Origin: the human T2T-CHM13v2.0 reference genome, Homo sapiens
Reading direction: 5' to 3' (one strand)
Length of the DNA stretch: 64,000 nucleotides
Assembly: GCF_009914755.1 (NCBI RefSeq)
Contig: NC_060942.1
The number at the start of each line of letters is the position of its first letter. Position 1 is the first letter of the stretch. Of the stretch, positions 25,901 through 38,983 are shown piece by piece. The notes under the pieces were generated by a model. The model searched no databases. It saw only the letters and a program-made list of their open reading frames with translations, and was not told where the DNA came from. The translations under genes and the position numbers were made by a program.

Positions 25901-26264
25901 ACACCCATCACATTAATAAGAGTTTGGGAGAAGTGAGGGGCTGAGGCCAGGAGTCTCCAGATGGTGTTTAGTGAAGTGACAGTTTGATGCCTAAAAGGAA
26001 AAATGGAACTGTGGTATGCTGGGAGCTTCGATCTTCATGGGGTGGGGGTGGGGATGTGGGCGCATGAAACCTGGTGTGAGGTCTGTACTTATACAAGCCT
26101 GACCAGAGCCCATTCTAGGTCCCAGCAGAAAGGGCAGACAACTTCCAGGATGTCTGCTTAGGGACTCCCACAAAGTGGGTCTGGTCCCAAGGGTTCATGT
26201 ACCCATGCAGCCACCCACAGCATTTCAATAGCCTCACAGCTACTGAGAACTTAGGAGGTCAGCC

Positions 26265-26560
26265 TTGTGCCAATGCTGGGTCCACATGAATAAGTAGGAC
26301 CCAGTCCCTGCCCTCAAAGAGAGCACAGTCTAGGGTGGAGCAGTCATGTTAAACTCTGGTAAACTGAGGTAGGCATAGGAAATTCTAGGCATGCAGGAGA
26401 GGGCATCTTATCCAGCCTTATCCAGATTGGGGAAGGCTCCCTGGAGAAGGTGGCATGTGAGCTGAGTTTGGAATGCTGGCCAAGGACTGACCTGCTGGAA
26501 GGAGCTTGGGGCGGACATAGGAGGATGCCAGGCAAAGGAAACTAGTGGAGCCACTCAGCG
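26265..26560 (-). mobile_element. L2 LINE 3' fragment
   Basis: atgaataagtaggacccagtccctgccctcaaagagagcacagtctagggtggag...ggaaggctccctggagaaggtggcatgtgagctgag. Confidence 0.75.
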
Positions 26561-27454
26561 GGTGTGGAGCCACATGCTCACGGGTGGGGGAGTCAGAAGC
26601 CAGTGTCGTCCCAGATCCTGAGGTCAGAGTGGGAGGCGGTGGGGATTGGGGAGGAGCTAATGATCACAAGATGAGTGACTGAGTCAGTGAAGGGTATTCA
26701 GGAGTGTGAGTCTCAGACCCCCACCTGATCCCATCCCTTGTCACTATACGGGTCATTATGGGGTATCAGAAAGCTACTCTGGTTAAAACATTCTCCCTGC
26801 CCTGCCTAGTACACTGCCTGACATTTCACATCAGAGTGCCCTCCTTTTAGGTTAAATAGAGTACTTCTACCATCTGTCCTTGTTACAGGACAGGTAACTT
26901 GTTAGCAGGCACTTTCTCTGCTCTCACCTGGGGAGAACAGAGATCCCAGAGGGCAAGAGGCCATTTCTGGGATGCAGGCCATGTCTGGAACTCGGCCTTG
27001 ACCATCCTGCACATGGGCTGGGGCAACTCCACAGCAGGGAGTTTTGGACACCGCCAGAAGAAGGGCGGTGGCTTTACTTGTTAGCAATGGGAGCCACGCA
27101 CTTGGGAAAGTCGGGCAGAGTCAATGGCCACGTGGACCAGGCTGAGGATGAGGTGGCACAGAGGATGGTATTGGGTGGAGCCCACAGGGGAGCAGGCAGA
27201 GGAGGGCAGTGGAGAGAAAAAGGAGAGAGCAAGGGAAGGAGAGTCAAAGAGGAGTCCCAGCCTTCAGAATCCATTCTGTTTCCATTTCCCCCAAGTCACA
27301 CAGCTGCCAGAGTTCAGACAGATGCTGTGATTAGCATTTTAATGCATTTCAGAGGACCTTGTCCAAACTGCTCTGGAAATCAGAAATCAAGAGTTTATCT
27401 TCAGCTGTCCCTAAAGAGCTACATTCTCTTTCAATTCCAAAGGAGTCTGAGAAA

Positions 27455-27685
27455 GTGTGTGTACCTGTGTGTTCGTGTGCCCACATGTGGACATGTGTAG
27501 GATGTCATGTGCCTCTCCCATGTGTGTTATATGTTCACATCACCTGTTATGTACACATACTTTTGTGTGCACCTATATGGCATGTACTCTGTTGTGTGTA
27601 TGTGCGTGCATGTGTGTGTGTTTGAGTGATGAGTGTGCAGCTGCATCTGTATGTGCGCAAGTACATCTTGCACGTGTGTGCATAT
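27455..27685 (+). repeat. Degenerate TG-rich tract
   Basis: Repeated tgtg/catgtg motifs. Confidence 0.8.
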
Positions 27686-28221
27686 TCTACATGGGCCTTT
27701 GCAAGTACAATTTTATCCAGGATCGTTCATGTGGAAGAGGGAGAGCTCCATGCTAGTTGAAAACAGGTCAGTACTAAGTGACTCGGGCTGTCAGGGGGCC
27801 TGGGCCTTAGAAAATGGGAAATGCATTTCAAATGCGTCTTTGGTTGCTTGGCCTGATCCTGAAGCTGTGTTTCAAACAATGCAGCTCAACGGTATTTCAA
27901 GCAAAGTGCATTTCTGGAGTAATAATTCCACTCCCATTGAACAGTGCTGGCCTCAGAGGCCTAGCCTCTGTGAGGGTTTCTGGAGCTCCAGAAGAAGGTT
28001 GGGGCAGCTACTAGTGGGTCAGGGCCATGGCAGGGCAGGGGTTGGGAAGCCAGGAGGCTCTCAGGACATCTGTGTGGGGTGAGTCCCCTCTACCTGCCTC
28101 CCAAGATTCTCCTCCTGCCACCTCAAGCTGGCCACACCTATATCTGCCAAGGCTGTTTTCTGGAAGATGGATGACATCAGTCATTCAACTAGCTTCAGGA
28201 GGAAGGATTTCCTTCTCCTGT

Positions 28222-28601
28222 TGTGTTAGTCCATTCTCACACTGCTATAAAGACATACCTGAGACTGGGTAATTTATCAAGAAAAGAGGTTTAATTGACT
28301 TACAGTTCTGCATGGCTGGGGAGGCCTCAGGAAACTTACAATCATGGTGGCAGGCAAGCAGAGGCAAAGGTACATCTTACATGGCAGCAGGGGAGAGAGA
28401 GCGAATGAGCAAAGGAGGAAGAGCCCCTTGTAAAACCATCAGATCTTGTGAGAACTCACTCACTATCACGAGAACAGCATGGGGGAAACCACATCCATGA
28501 TCCAATCATCTCCTACTAGGTCCCACTCTTGACACGTGGGGATTATGGGTATTATAATTTGAGATGAGATTTGGGTGGGGACACAGAGCCAAACCATATC
28601 A
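28222..28601 (-). mobile_element. THE1 (ERVL-MaLR) solo LTR, THE1D-like, with 5-bp TSD CCTGT
   Basis: tgtgttagtccattctcacactgctataaagacatacctgagactggg...gagccaaaccatatca, flanked by cctgt at 28217-28221 and 28602-28606. Confidence 0.94.
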
Positions 28602-30455
28602 CCTGTCCTGGCCACCTTCTCTGGACATACTTCTCTAAAAGTGTAGCACTCAGTTCCAGACTCAGATTTCCTGGGGCCATCTTCCCAGCCTAGGGAAAGT
28701 GGGATCATCACTTTCCTTCTTTAGAGGGAGGTACCTGTTAACTGCAAGACTGTGTCAACTTTTAGGGAGCAGGGCAACACCATTGGCTCCTTTGGAGTCT
28801 GGGGCCAACTAAAATCTAATCTTTAACCCTTGCCTGACTTGCTTACCCCTTCGTGTCATGACGGCAGGGGCATCTACTTGTAGCTGCATGGGGCTCCTCA
28901 GAGTCATTCTCTGCTCCTCCTGTATGGCACAGACAGTGATGTGGAGTTGGGGGATGCATCTGCTGGGAGGGGGCCGGGGAAGCAGCAGACAGTTCCATGT
29001 GAATTTGTTTAATGTAAATACATCCTCTATTTATCTTTGGCTGTTAATAAATTCATGCATTATTAGAAAATCCCTCATACCAGCAGACCCGCTGAGTTAG
29101 ATCAGTTCGTTTTAAGAGATTTCCTGTTGGCAGGATTCAAAGCCCACACCTGCAGCCGGCCCAGGCACAAGGATTTAACTAAACGCCACAGATAATTAGA
29201 TCAGTTAACCTTGCAAATTAAAACAAGCACATCGCATTAGCTCAGTTTATCCTAAAAGAAAATATTAAGTTCCCCCAGATAAATCGTTTAATAAGAATAG
29301 AAGAAGATGGCACATACTGTCTTCTCAGAACCTCTGGGCAGGAGTGAGGGAGGGCTCAAACAGTGGCCAGATAGCGGGTTTTCTTCCATTGATTTATCTA
29401 TCAGTGATGGATCAGGTTCTTGCCCACTGACTTAACAGGAGTTAGAAGAGTTTGAGGAACATCCAGGCACGGTGCAGGCTGGAGCACGCAAACCAACAGC
29501 AAAGCTCCATGGGGTCTGAGAGTACTAAGGGGCATCAGTGGGAGGTAGCCCACCTCGCCACTTCATAACGCAGGACAGCCCCCAGTGAATCCCTGGGGGA
29601 TGGCCAGAGAATGAGGGTTCAAGCCCATCAGGAAAGGCTTTCTGCAAGAACTATGACCCTCTGTGCCTTGGCCACCAGAAGTTCATTGCATCTGTTAGAT
29701 ACTGAATACTTAAGGAGTTCGCTGAAGTCTTTGTAGATTTCAATGCTACCGAGTCAGAATAGAGGGTAATTTGGACTTTAGGTGTAAAGTTGGCCTTTGA
29801 AAAATCTATCAAAAATTTTGATTGGCAAATAAGCAGTGTAGACGAAGTTCTATGTGCAGGAATATGTTGTCAACCTAAGACCAGTGTTTGCAAGTGGCTT
29901 ACGAATCCTCTGTGTCACTTCATCACTGTGCTAGTTACACAGGCTTTGCATCTGTTCATTAAAGCAGTGTTGGACATTAACTTGGAAGCACTGTTGGGTT
30001 GTCTACTCAAAAGTAATAAAACTTCACTGAGCACACCCCATAATATGGATGCTAATGGAAATGGGTGTCCTCCCCAGGTCTTCTGAATTAGGGTAGGTTT
30101 ACTTGGTCATCAATCATGGAGCCTTTTCAAGATAAAGGCCATGTTGCAAATGAGAACAGACCCAAATGTGGCATCCCAGCAGCGCTGTGTCCAACTGTCT
30201 AGGCAAGTGATGCTTATGTCCCTTCCCACTCCACTTTTCTGAGGTTCTCTGACCCTCAGGAGGGAAACATAATTGCAGAGTGGGGCCCTCCTCATGGATC
30301 AAACTCTTCTAGCCCAAGAGGAGGAATCAGTATTTTCTGACAATGCTGGACAAAGAATAGAGGAGCACACAGGGTTTCTGAAGCTGGAGGAGCAGTGAAA
30401 TCACCCAGGGAGCATTTGCAACACATGGATCCCAGGCAGATCCTGACTCTTCATG

Positions 30456-30459
<4 letters not shown>

Positions 30460-30545
<86 letters not shown>
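30460..30545 (+). repeat. (TG)n(GA)n compound microsatellite
   Basis: About 18 TG units followed by about 24 GA units. Confidence 0.97.
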
Positions 30546-30547
<2 letters not shown>

Positions 30548-32119
30548 GGAGCCTCTTTCTTTACATTTATTATAAATCTGAATGTCAAAGAAATCCCTAC
30601 GTGTGGTAGTGAGATGAGGTGGTTTGGAAACCTCTCCAGCACTGCGTAGCCTGCCCTGAATGGAGACTTTCTCATTCAGGTGCAACAAGTGTTCAAGTGG
30701 TCAGGGCAATGCCCTCACCAGCTTCAGGGCAGAGAGGGAGCCAAGTTTCCCTTCAGCCCTCCACCAGCAGGACTTGCCCGAAACCAAGTGAGTAGCTCCT
30801 GCCAGCCTGTGCCCATTGAGGCTGCTCCTGGAAAGGGGGACTGAGGCAGGCTCTCCACTGGCCTCAGCTCCTGTTCCTGATGTCACTTCCTCACCTCAGT
30901 CCTCTCATCAGGACTGGCACAGGCCTTCACCATCCAGACCATGCTATGTACCATGTGGAGGTGGACACTCTCCTACTCAGGAAGCTTCATGAGCTCCCAA
31001 GAACCCAAAGGAAAGGGAACAAGCTCCTCAGTGGGATGTGAAAGGCCTTCCCAACTCATGCTAAGTCCCGTCCCCAAGCCCTTCCTGAACTCCAGCCAGC
31101 GCCCCCTGTCCTCTCCCTCCTCCTTGCCTTTGCCCCTGCTGTCACCTCACTGGAGTGACATCTGGAGCCCCCTCCATCCACCTAGATCCTGCCGATCTTG
31201 CCCAGGCAGTGTGACACTCAGTGAGCAGTCCTGCCTGGAAGCGCTCCCAAACCACTCCCAGCTCTAAATTGCAGTCTGGAGTCTCGATCCATTGTCCTCT
31301 AATTGCTTGGCATGTACATCTTCTCTCCTCCGCAGGAGGGAAGCCCCAGGGGCAGCAGGGTTCTTGCCCTCTACTCACTTCCACCTGCCAAGCAGCACCT
31401 AGCGCGGGGCTATGCTCCTGGTGGGTGCTCAGGAAACACTTACTGAATTGAATTACAAACCTTCTCCCAGGCTCTGAGCCGTTCCAGCTGCTGGATGCCA
31501 GCTGTCAGGGCTGCTGGGAGAGGCTGAATGCATATTCATTTCAGACCCTCTGTCTCTCGGCCTTGAAGGGCCTCCTGGACCATCTTAATCCATGAGGGTG
31601 TCCAGGGCATGACTCTGCTCCTGCTCTCCCTGGTTAGGGTTTTCAATCTTCTGGGTTGTGCTCACCCAGATTCCAGGGGTGCTGCTGTGTTTTGGAGTGA
31701 AGAATGGTGAACAGGGAGTGGAGAAGGAGGTATGATGTAGGCCTCATGTGGGGGATTGTGCAAACCATGAAGACAAACTTAACAAACACCTCTTGTGGGG
31801 GCATGAAGGTGGTGATCTTGAGCCCTCCTCTTCCAGCACAGCCAGGCCTTGGCAGGGCCAGCTCCAGCGTCCTTATGGACCTGCCTGCCACTCTCACAGT
31901 GGTTTCCATTCAGCGTGGTAGGGTTTGTTGGCCCCTCCCTGCGGCCAGCCCTGCACTAGGCTATAAAGCTGGGAGGTTTGCTGCTACGCATCCTGCGTTG
32001 GCTGCCCTCCAGACCTGGGCAGCCAGGGGCCGGGGATGGATCAGAAGGGGCCAGGTAGGAAGATTCACTCCTTTCTTGGAGACAGAATCACTGAAGCAAG
32101 AGTGGCAGCTGTAGAGAAA

Positions 32120-32335
32120 CTGTCATTGTGCACATTTCCTGTGTGCAAGAGCAGCAGGGTGTTTGGAGCTTTGCATGCTTCATGCTATCCATAAACTGCT
32201 CCTGGATGAAAGAACTACTGGCACCCCAGGGCTGAGATGAGAAAACTGAGGCACAGAGAAGTTAAGTGATTAGCCCAAGGTCACACAGCTCAGAGTGGTG
32301 GAGCTGGGATTGGAGGCTAGGTTGTTAAATTTAAG
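32120..32335 (-). mobile_element. MIR SINE
   Basis: agatgagaaaactgaggcacagagaagttaagtgattagcccaaggtcacacagct is the MIR core in reverse. Confidence 0.88.
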
Positions 32336-33394
32336 GCATGAGCCTGCCCAGCGGCATGGAGGGTTTCGCCTCTAAGGCCTGAAGGTCTTCAGAGAAGGGA
32401 GAAATTGGGAGGCCTGAAGGAGAAATGAGGATTACTCCAGGCTAGAGGCTAGGGAATTTGGGACCTAGCCAAACTGGCTGGGGCTGAGGACTGGGACTGG
32501 TTCTATGCGGGCATTTATGATGGTTAAGCTAGTAAAACTTAAGATAAAATCATGGGATCTTAACTCGCCCCCCAGAACTGATTTGGTCCAATGTTGGAAT
32601 TACCTGCATCAACCCCCGAACCCTGCGACTCAGACTGCTTGAACATGTCTGTGACCAGAGGCTCACTACCTTGTGGGACAGCCCAGGCCACTGGCAGAGG
32701 CTATGAGGGAGGGCCTCAGGAGTAGAGGGCAGCACAGGCCAGCCCGTGCTGTCCCTGGTCCCCTCCTTCCTGGCTCTCAGCCATGCTGAAGTTTACCAGG
32801 AAGGTCAATCCGAGCAGGCTTTGCACAGAGCACCCCTACCTCACCCCATACCCCTTTACAAAAGAGGTCCTGCTTCAGTCTCTGAAAATAAAGTTGGTGC
32901 CATTGCTGCTGGCCCTGAAAGCCGGCCGACCCACTTTCAGAGGGTGTGAGACCACTGGTGCAACTGTCAAAAAAGTGGGAGTGAGGAATTGCCTGTGGAA
33001 TGCCTGTGATGTGGCACAGCTGTCTGCTGGCGTGGCAGCCTTTGATTCTTCAATATTTAAGCCACACACAAAGGCACAGAAGGGCACAAACTCGAGAAAG
33101 ACACAGAGGACGCAAATATGCTACCTAAGGGTAGCTGAAATTTTATTCCCTTCCCCCTTATGAATCTCACAGAATTGGAAACCATGTCAGTAGCTGGAAT
33201 AAACATGCAGAGTTAGCAGTGCTGCATGAAGAAGCTCCTCTTGTCCACACCCTAAGACTGCTTTCTTGACTCAGCATCCTCATGGAAGCATCAGGGTGTG
33301 ATCTAAGCTGAAGGCAAATGCGGCACGTGTGTGGGGGGTGGCTGCTGCTCCAGCCAGCTTGCTCTTCTGTAACCCCTGACCATCTCCACCAGGC

Positions 33395-33820
33395 TGTGTG
33401 AGGGTAGACTCTTCCAGGTCCCACCAATATTATCCGGCCCTTCTCCTTCACTGAAGAAGCACAGATTTGTTCATGGAAGACATGTGCATAGTCTTTGGCA
33501 AGATATCCTCTTTCCCAGACTTCCTTGCAGCTAGGGTGGCCCTGTGACATAGCTCTGGCCAATGAGACATACTTAGATGTCTCCTGGAGAGGGGACCTCT
33601 TGGAAACCTTTTGCATTCCCGATAGAAGGGACAGAGGCAGCTGGACCTGCTCTGCTTGATGACAGATGCAATGCCCTCCGACAGCAGTGAGAAGGACTCT
33701 GTTACGTTGTTGCTGTTGCATGGTTATGTTGCTGAAGCAACACGAGGCCCCAGACTCTGTGATGTGCAAAAAACCCAAAGTGTTATTTGTTGAGGCCACT
33801 GCAGCCAAATGAATTTCTAA
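33395..33820 (+). mobile_element. Old MLT1 (J/K/I-like) MaLR LTR
   Basis: tttcccagacttccttgcagctagggtggccctgtgacatagctctggccaatgaga is characteristic of old MLT1 LTRs. Confidence 0.7.
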
Positions 33821-34149
33821 GTGGAAGGGTGGCCACTTAGAAATTACAATTCAGAGAGGTTAAATGGCTTCCCAAGGGCACACAGTAAGGCTCCAGGCAG
33901 AGCTGGGGATGGAATCAGACTCTGCCTTCCATTCAGAACAGGACTTCTCCAATGCAGAGGTAGGCCAGGTGTGTGGTGACACCTCGAGGGCCACTGCCCT
34001 GCCCCACAGGGCCCCCTGGGTGTCTAGCAATCATGCCAGAGTCTCCTGCCAGAAGAACCTGGTGTGTGGCCTTGGGGTGACGGGGACGGTTCCTGCCCTC
34101 ATGCAGCTCTGGCTTTCCACAGGGTTAGTGCCCTAGGATGAGGAGGAAG

Positions 34150-34340
34150 GAGCATGGGCTCTGGCGCCAGATCTCTCCATGGTTTTCTGGTCTGAGCAAG
34201 CCCCTTTGCCTCAGTTTCCTCTTCCATACAATAGCACTAATAAGGCCTGGTTAAGACCTGGGTGATGCTGTCTTAAATAAATGAGATAATATTTGTGAAG
34301 TGTCTGGCTGTAGCGAGTACACAGTGATTGGTAGCTGTCA
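34150..34340 (+). mobile_element. MIR SINE
   Basis: tttgcctcagtttcctcttccatacaat...taaatgagataatatttgtgaagtg. Confidence 0.7.
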
Positions 34341-34407
34341 TCGGAGTTAGAGAGACAAGATTCTTTGATCTGCTCTCTTATTTGGGATGATGCCACAAGG
34401 CTCAATC

Positions 34408-34878
34408 TGCAGTAGATGTAGGTGGTGTCCTGCCCATGACCCCTTCTCTTCCCCACCTCAGTGACAGTGGGTTGACTTCCAACTGCCAGCACCAGCACTT
34501 CCAGCTCGAGGGCTTCCTTTGACTGTGGAGCCCACTTTGCCCACGCATGCAGCAAGCCAGAAAAGCTAGAAAGCGGAAGACCCCTGGGCACAACCTCGGC
34601 CACAGCCTGGTGGAAATTGGTGCATGAATACCCCAGTTCTCTGGCCCCTTGGGTGGGATGACTCCAAGGAGTATGATTGACATTGGCTCTAGAGTCCCAG
34701 TGGGGTTCAGCAACACCCGCAGTGGAAGCTGGTCTGCCTGATAAGACACCCCTTATTGATTTCCTCTCTTCCTTGTCTCCACTATTGACCCAAGTTCCTG
34801 GGGTCAACCCCACAAAGAAGCTATTTGCACTCAAATGCTTGTCTACAGTCTGCTTCTGGGGGCGCTCCAACTAAGACA
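34408..34878 (+). mobile_element. LTR16-family (ERVL) solo LTR
   Basis: Starts TG and ends ...ctatttgcactcaaatgcttgtctacagtctgcttctgggggcgctccaactaagaCA, the characteristic LTR16 3' end; about 470 bp. Confidence 0.78.
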
Positions 34879-34904
34879 ATATCCTTTAAAGCCTAACATT
34901 AGGC

Positions 34905-35070
34905 CAGTGGTGGTTGAACTTCTTGTGCCCACGAATCTCCTAGGGATCTTGTTAAAGGGTGGTGGCTGCTGTCTGAGTGACATGGCTCAGATGATCTAGA
35001 GTAAGCTCAAGACTCTGCATTTCTAACAGACCCCAGTGATGCTGATCTGATGTCCACATTTTAGCCAGGG
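34905..35070. mobile_element. MER5-like (hAT-Charlie) fragment
   Basis: cagtggt...gaatctcctagggatcttgttaaa...ctctgcatttctaacagaccccagtgatgctgat. Confidence 0.65.
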
Positions 35071-36004
35071 CTTAGACTTCCGGTGCTGTTGACCTGCAGA
35101 GGCTCAGGCAAGGGCGAGATCAGTGTTGGTTAGAGCAACCTAGAGGAGCATCACAGAGGAAGGGAGCTTGGGGCTAGGTCCTGATGCCCTGGGAGGATTC
35201 TGGTGGGTAGGCTGGGAGGAGGCAGGTCCTTTCTAGGGAGCGGGGAAGCTGGAGACTTGCTGGGGCCTGAAGCCATGCCCAGCACCTGCAGGATTTCAGA
35301 GCAACTGATCTGCATGGAGTTGATTGGAGCCTACAGGCTGTAAGGGGCTAGAGGCTCTGAAGCACAGCAGTGTGAGAAAAGCCTCCTCCATCTCCAGACA
35401 CATTTTCCCTGTTCTCATTCCCAATTCCAGGAGGAAAATTCACACTGACCTGGCTCCCCAAGCCTTCCTCCTCTTACTCATTTCTCGAGTTCCTCTCCCT
35501 TTACATACACAACCAACTTCTGTCCTCCCCACTCCATGGAGTCCTTTCGGGGCATCCCAGCTCTCTTCTGAAATATAATGGGACATATGGTCCAAACTGC
35601 ATACTTGAGCCATTCTATATTTTTATTATCCTCTTAATTATTTCATCTGTGAATTAGGAGTCACAGGACTTTATTGTGGCAAAGGACTCCGAAGGTCATC
35701 CCCACTCGCATCATTGTTTTGTCATTAATAATACAACTTGGATGATTTCTAGCAATCCACAGCATATAAAGGGCGCACACATGTGATTTTCATGATAGAA
35801 ATTAGGGAACTCAGACCTGGAAAGGTTGGGTGGATGCCCCAAGTTGGTTGGTGTCCTCTGCACAGGCTGACAGTGTTCTGAAGGGTGGAGCCGAGTGTTC
35901 GGCATCATTTTGCCTCTTCTGTGCTGGGCACAGGGTTGGGCACACCAGGCTCACCATTAAACACACTGTGCTCCTTCAGCCACCAGAAGGGGATGCCACC
36001 CACA

Positions 36005-36023
36005 TGGCGCCCCCTGGTGGGCT
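36005..36023 (-). promoter_or_regulatory. CTCF binding motif
   Basis: Plus GGCGCCCCCTGGTGG (36006-36020) is minus CCACCAGGGGGCGCC, the core CTCF consensus with its CpG retained. Confidence 0.8.
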
Positions 36024-38983
36024 CATGGGAACATACCACAAATGCCTTTGATTAAAAAAAAGGGTGCTTGAACCACAGTAAACTACGGCGCCCTAGAGAG
36101 ACCTTATCTCCCCTGCACTCCAGCCCTTTCCTCTTTACAACAGCCGTTTTCATGAGGAATTAAAGAATAAAGAACAATGCCATTTTTTTCTATTATCACC
36201 CAGGCTTGCCCATTTTTGATGGCACGTGGCAGCCCACAGTTCCGGATCCCTGCAGGTCAACAACAAAGACGTGTCCTTCTGCTCGCCCACACACATGCGC
36301 CCAGCAGAAACCCTCCAATCCTAAAACACATCCATCCCGGAGCAGGAGCTCACACAGACATTCTGTTTCTCAGCCTCGTTTTCTGGCGAAAGGTCAACAA
36401 ACCCTTTGCAGCCTCACACGGATTCATGCAGGCACAGCCCTTGTGGCAGCCTCACATTCTCGCTCCGGTGGACACACACCTCGCTCCACACACGCCCACA
36501 TTCACACCTGCACCGGCGGCAAATGCCTGGGCCAAAGCACCTTCCACACAGCACTTCCTTTCTACATCCATGACCAGAGAGCGAAGCTTTCTCCTCTTTC
36601 CAAATGCACCCCCGCAGGGTGAGCTAGGCTGAAGACTTTCTGGAGGGGCATAGAGGTGATATGGCTGGAATAGGAGATGCCAGAATGATCTGTTGGTGCC
36701 TCTGGAAATGCCAAGGCCAGCAAGGTCGCTCAGCAGATGGGGAGCTGCCTCCCTCCCGCCCATCCTTGCTCTGGGTCAGTTCCAGGCACAGGCGCAGAAA
36801 GAGGAAAGCAGGTACAGGCTGGGAATCCAAGATGGGAACTCTGGAGTTAATGGAGCAGCCTGGGCCCCAAGGGCAGTGCTGGGTGCTTGGATGGGGACGG
36901 ATTGGAAAGCTCCCCGAGCGGGGCAGAGAATTTGTTCAGAGGAAGTGATGTTGACTTTGGGCCTCCAAGGATGAATGGAAACTCTCCAGGCAGAGGGAAT
37001 GACATGGAAAAAGAGGAGCTTGCAGGAAGGCTACGTGCATCTGGAGGGTTTGTGGCCAGGATGGTGTCTGCCCTGGCTGAATCTTGTGGGTGACAGAAGC
37101 CTGGGTGGTTTGCAGGTGGTGGGACCTTTATTTTACAATGACACCCTTGGCCAGCCTCTGAAGAATGCATCAGAGGGGTGAGGGCCTGGAAGCAGAAGGC
37201 CACTGTGGTGGTGTGGGCTCCTGCAGGGCATGTTGGCTTATCCTGCCATCTCTCTCATCTGAACTCCTGGGCACTTCCCTTCACTACCATTTTTGGGGCC
37301 CCTAAAGATATTTTCTGGATCATGAGCTGTCTTCACACTTGCCTCCCAAACCAGATTATAAACTCCTTCTGCAACAGGCCGTGTCTTACTTATTTTTGTC
37401 CGATGCCAGACACCCTCCCTCCCACAACCAAACTTCGCAGGGGGCAGGCTATCTGTAAACGCTGCTGCCGCTGACTTGGGTGATGGCAGCCGTGATCCAA
37501 GCCACATTGGGGCAGTGTGAAAATTGCAAAATGCCTGTCTGGTGTCCTTAGAATGAGACCTGAGCAGAGGGCAGGGGTGGGGGTACCATCAGGAATCCAG
37601 CCCCAGCCCTGGGGAGCAGGCAGTCTGGCTGCTCTGCGTCAGGGAGAGACATATCTGACCCACGCTTTATTATACTTGTCACCAATGGCGTCGGGTAGTG
37701 GAGAGCAGGAGACACTGTCGTCCTTGCTCTCCCCCTCTCCTCTCCTCTCCCTGTTGTCTTAAGTAATGTGAGTAATGCTGAGCTCATTATTCTTAGAAAT
37801 ATAAAGAAAGCTGGAAGGGTCTTGAGAGGCGATCTGGCCCACCGCCTCCTTCACAGTCTAGATGGTGTGTCCAGGGAGGGTCCGGGCTCATTGCTCTGCC
37901 CAGACCACGTGGCTTGTTGGTGGCAGGCTGGACCTGGCCCAGGTTCCCTCTGCTTATTATCTCATGTGCCCTCTTGTTTGTTTATTTCCTTCAAGTCATG
38001 TATGATGACTGCAGGCACAGAGGTTCTCTGGTTCTTTCAGATCAACTTGTTAGGGAGCCTTTCTGGGCACAGCCCATGGCAGGCCTGGACTATGTCGTGG
38101 GGGCCACTGAGAAGATGAGGCCCCTATGAGAGTCAAGAGTCACTTGCTTGAAAAATGTGGAACCCTCAGGACAGTGGTTGGGGCAGGGAAGGAGAAAGTG
38201 GGCCGTCTAGGAGGGAAGACTGTGGGCACAGCCCCAGGGAGAAGGAGGACTTTGAGATGTCTCTGTGGGGAGGAGATTGAAAAGATTTTGCATGAACACA
38301 GTGGGACAGGGGGCTGGGCTAAGGGCTAACGTGGAAGAGCAGAGGCAAGTTTCGAAGGCATCACAGATGTAGCCCCTATACCCATCTGTCCCTCAGTACC
38401 TGGATTTAAAGTGCTTTGGGCTTCTCTCTTGGAACCTTGGTGTTCCCTTCTGTATAATGAGCCCAGGCTGGTGTTCTGTGGTGAAGGTCCTGTTTGGCTG
38501 GAAAGCCTGGCTAGGGCACATGCCTGCCAAGCAGGTTTGCTGTTGGGATGGGGGCTCTTCTGAAGGTATGGGCTGGAGAAATGCCCCACATGAGTGGGTC
38601 TCAAGGCCTGGGTTCTGGTCCCAGCTCTGTTATAGCAAAGTCTCCATTCACCTAACCCAGGAGAGAGTTGAGCTGGAGTCGGTGCTGAAACTGCTAAGCC
38701 CTTGGGTCAAGTCTGCCCTGCAGACGTGGGTGCATGTGAACGGCAGGCGACAAATGATCCTTAATGCCCGGAGGTGGACTCTGCCCTCTGCTCCTGCCCG
38801 TACTCCCCACCTACCCGGTGCTCACACCATTGGAGCTTTTGCCTCTTCACAAGTCATCCCTCTTGTAACACTCTAAGGACCTTTGGGCTTGTTCCCTGAA
38901 TGAATGAGAACCAGCAAGTAAGGGAGGAACGCTCTGCCCCAGGGCCTCACTGTCCCACCTTCTACCCACCCTAGGCCCGGGAT

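Noticed and set aside
20865-28601. A full THE1 provirus bounded by the two LTRs
   Set aside because: The LTRs look like different subfamilies, the second has its own TSD, and the intervening 7 kb holds MER/L2/MIR sequence rather than THE1-int.
33167-34870. 213-aa and 219-aa minus-strand ORFs
   Set aside because: They span MLT1, MIR and LTR16 remnants and have no domain or exon evidence.
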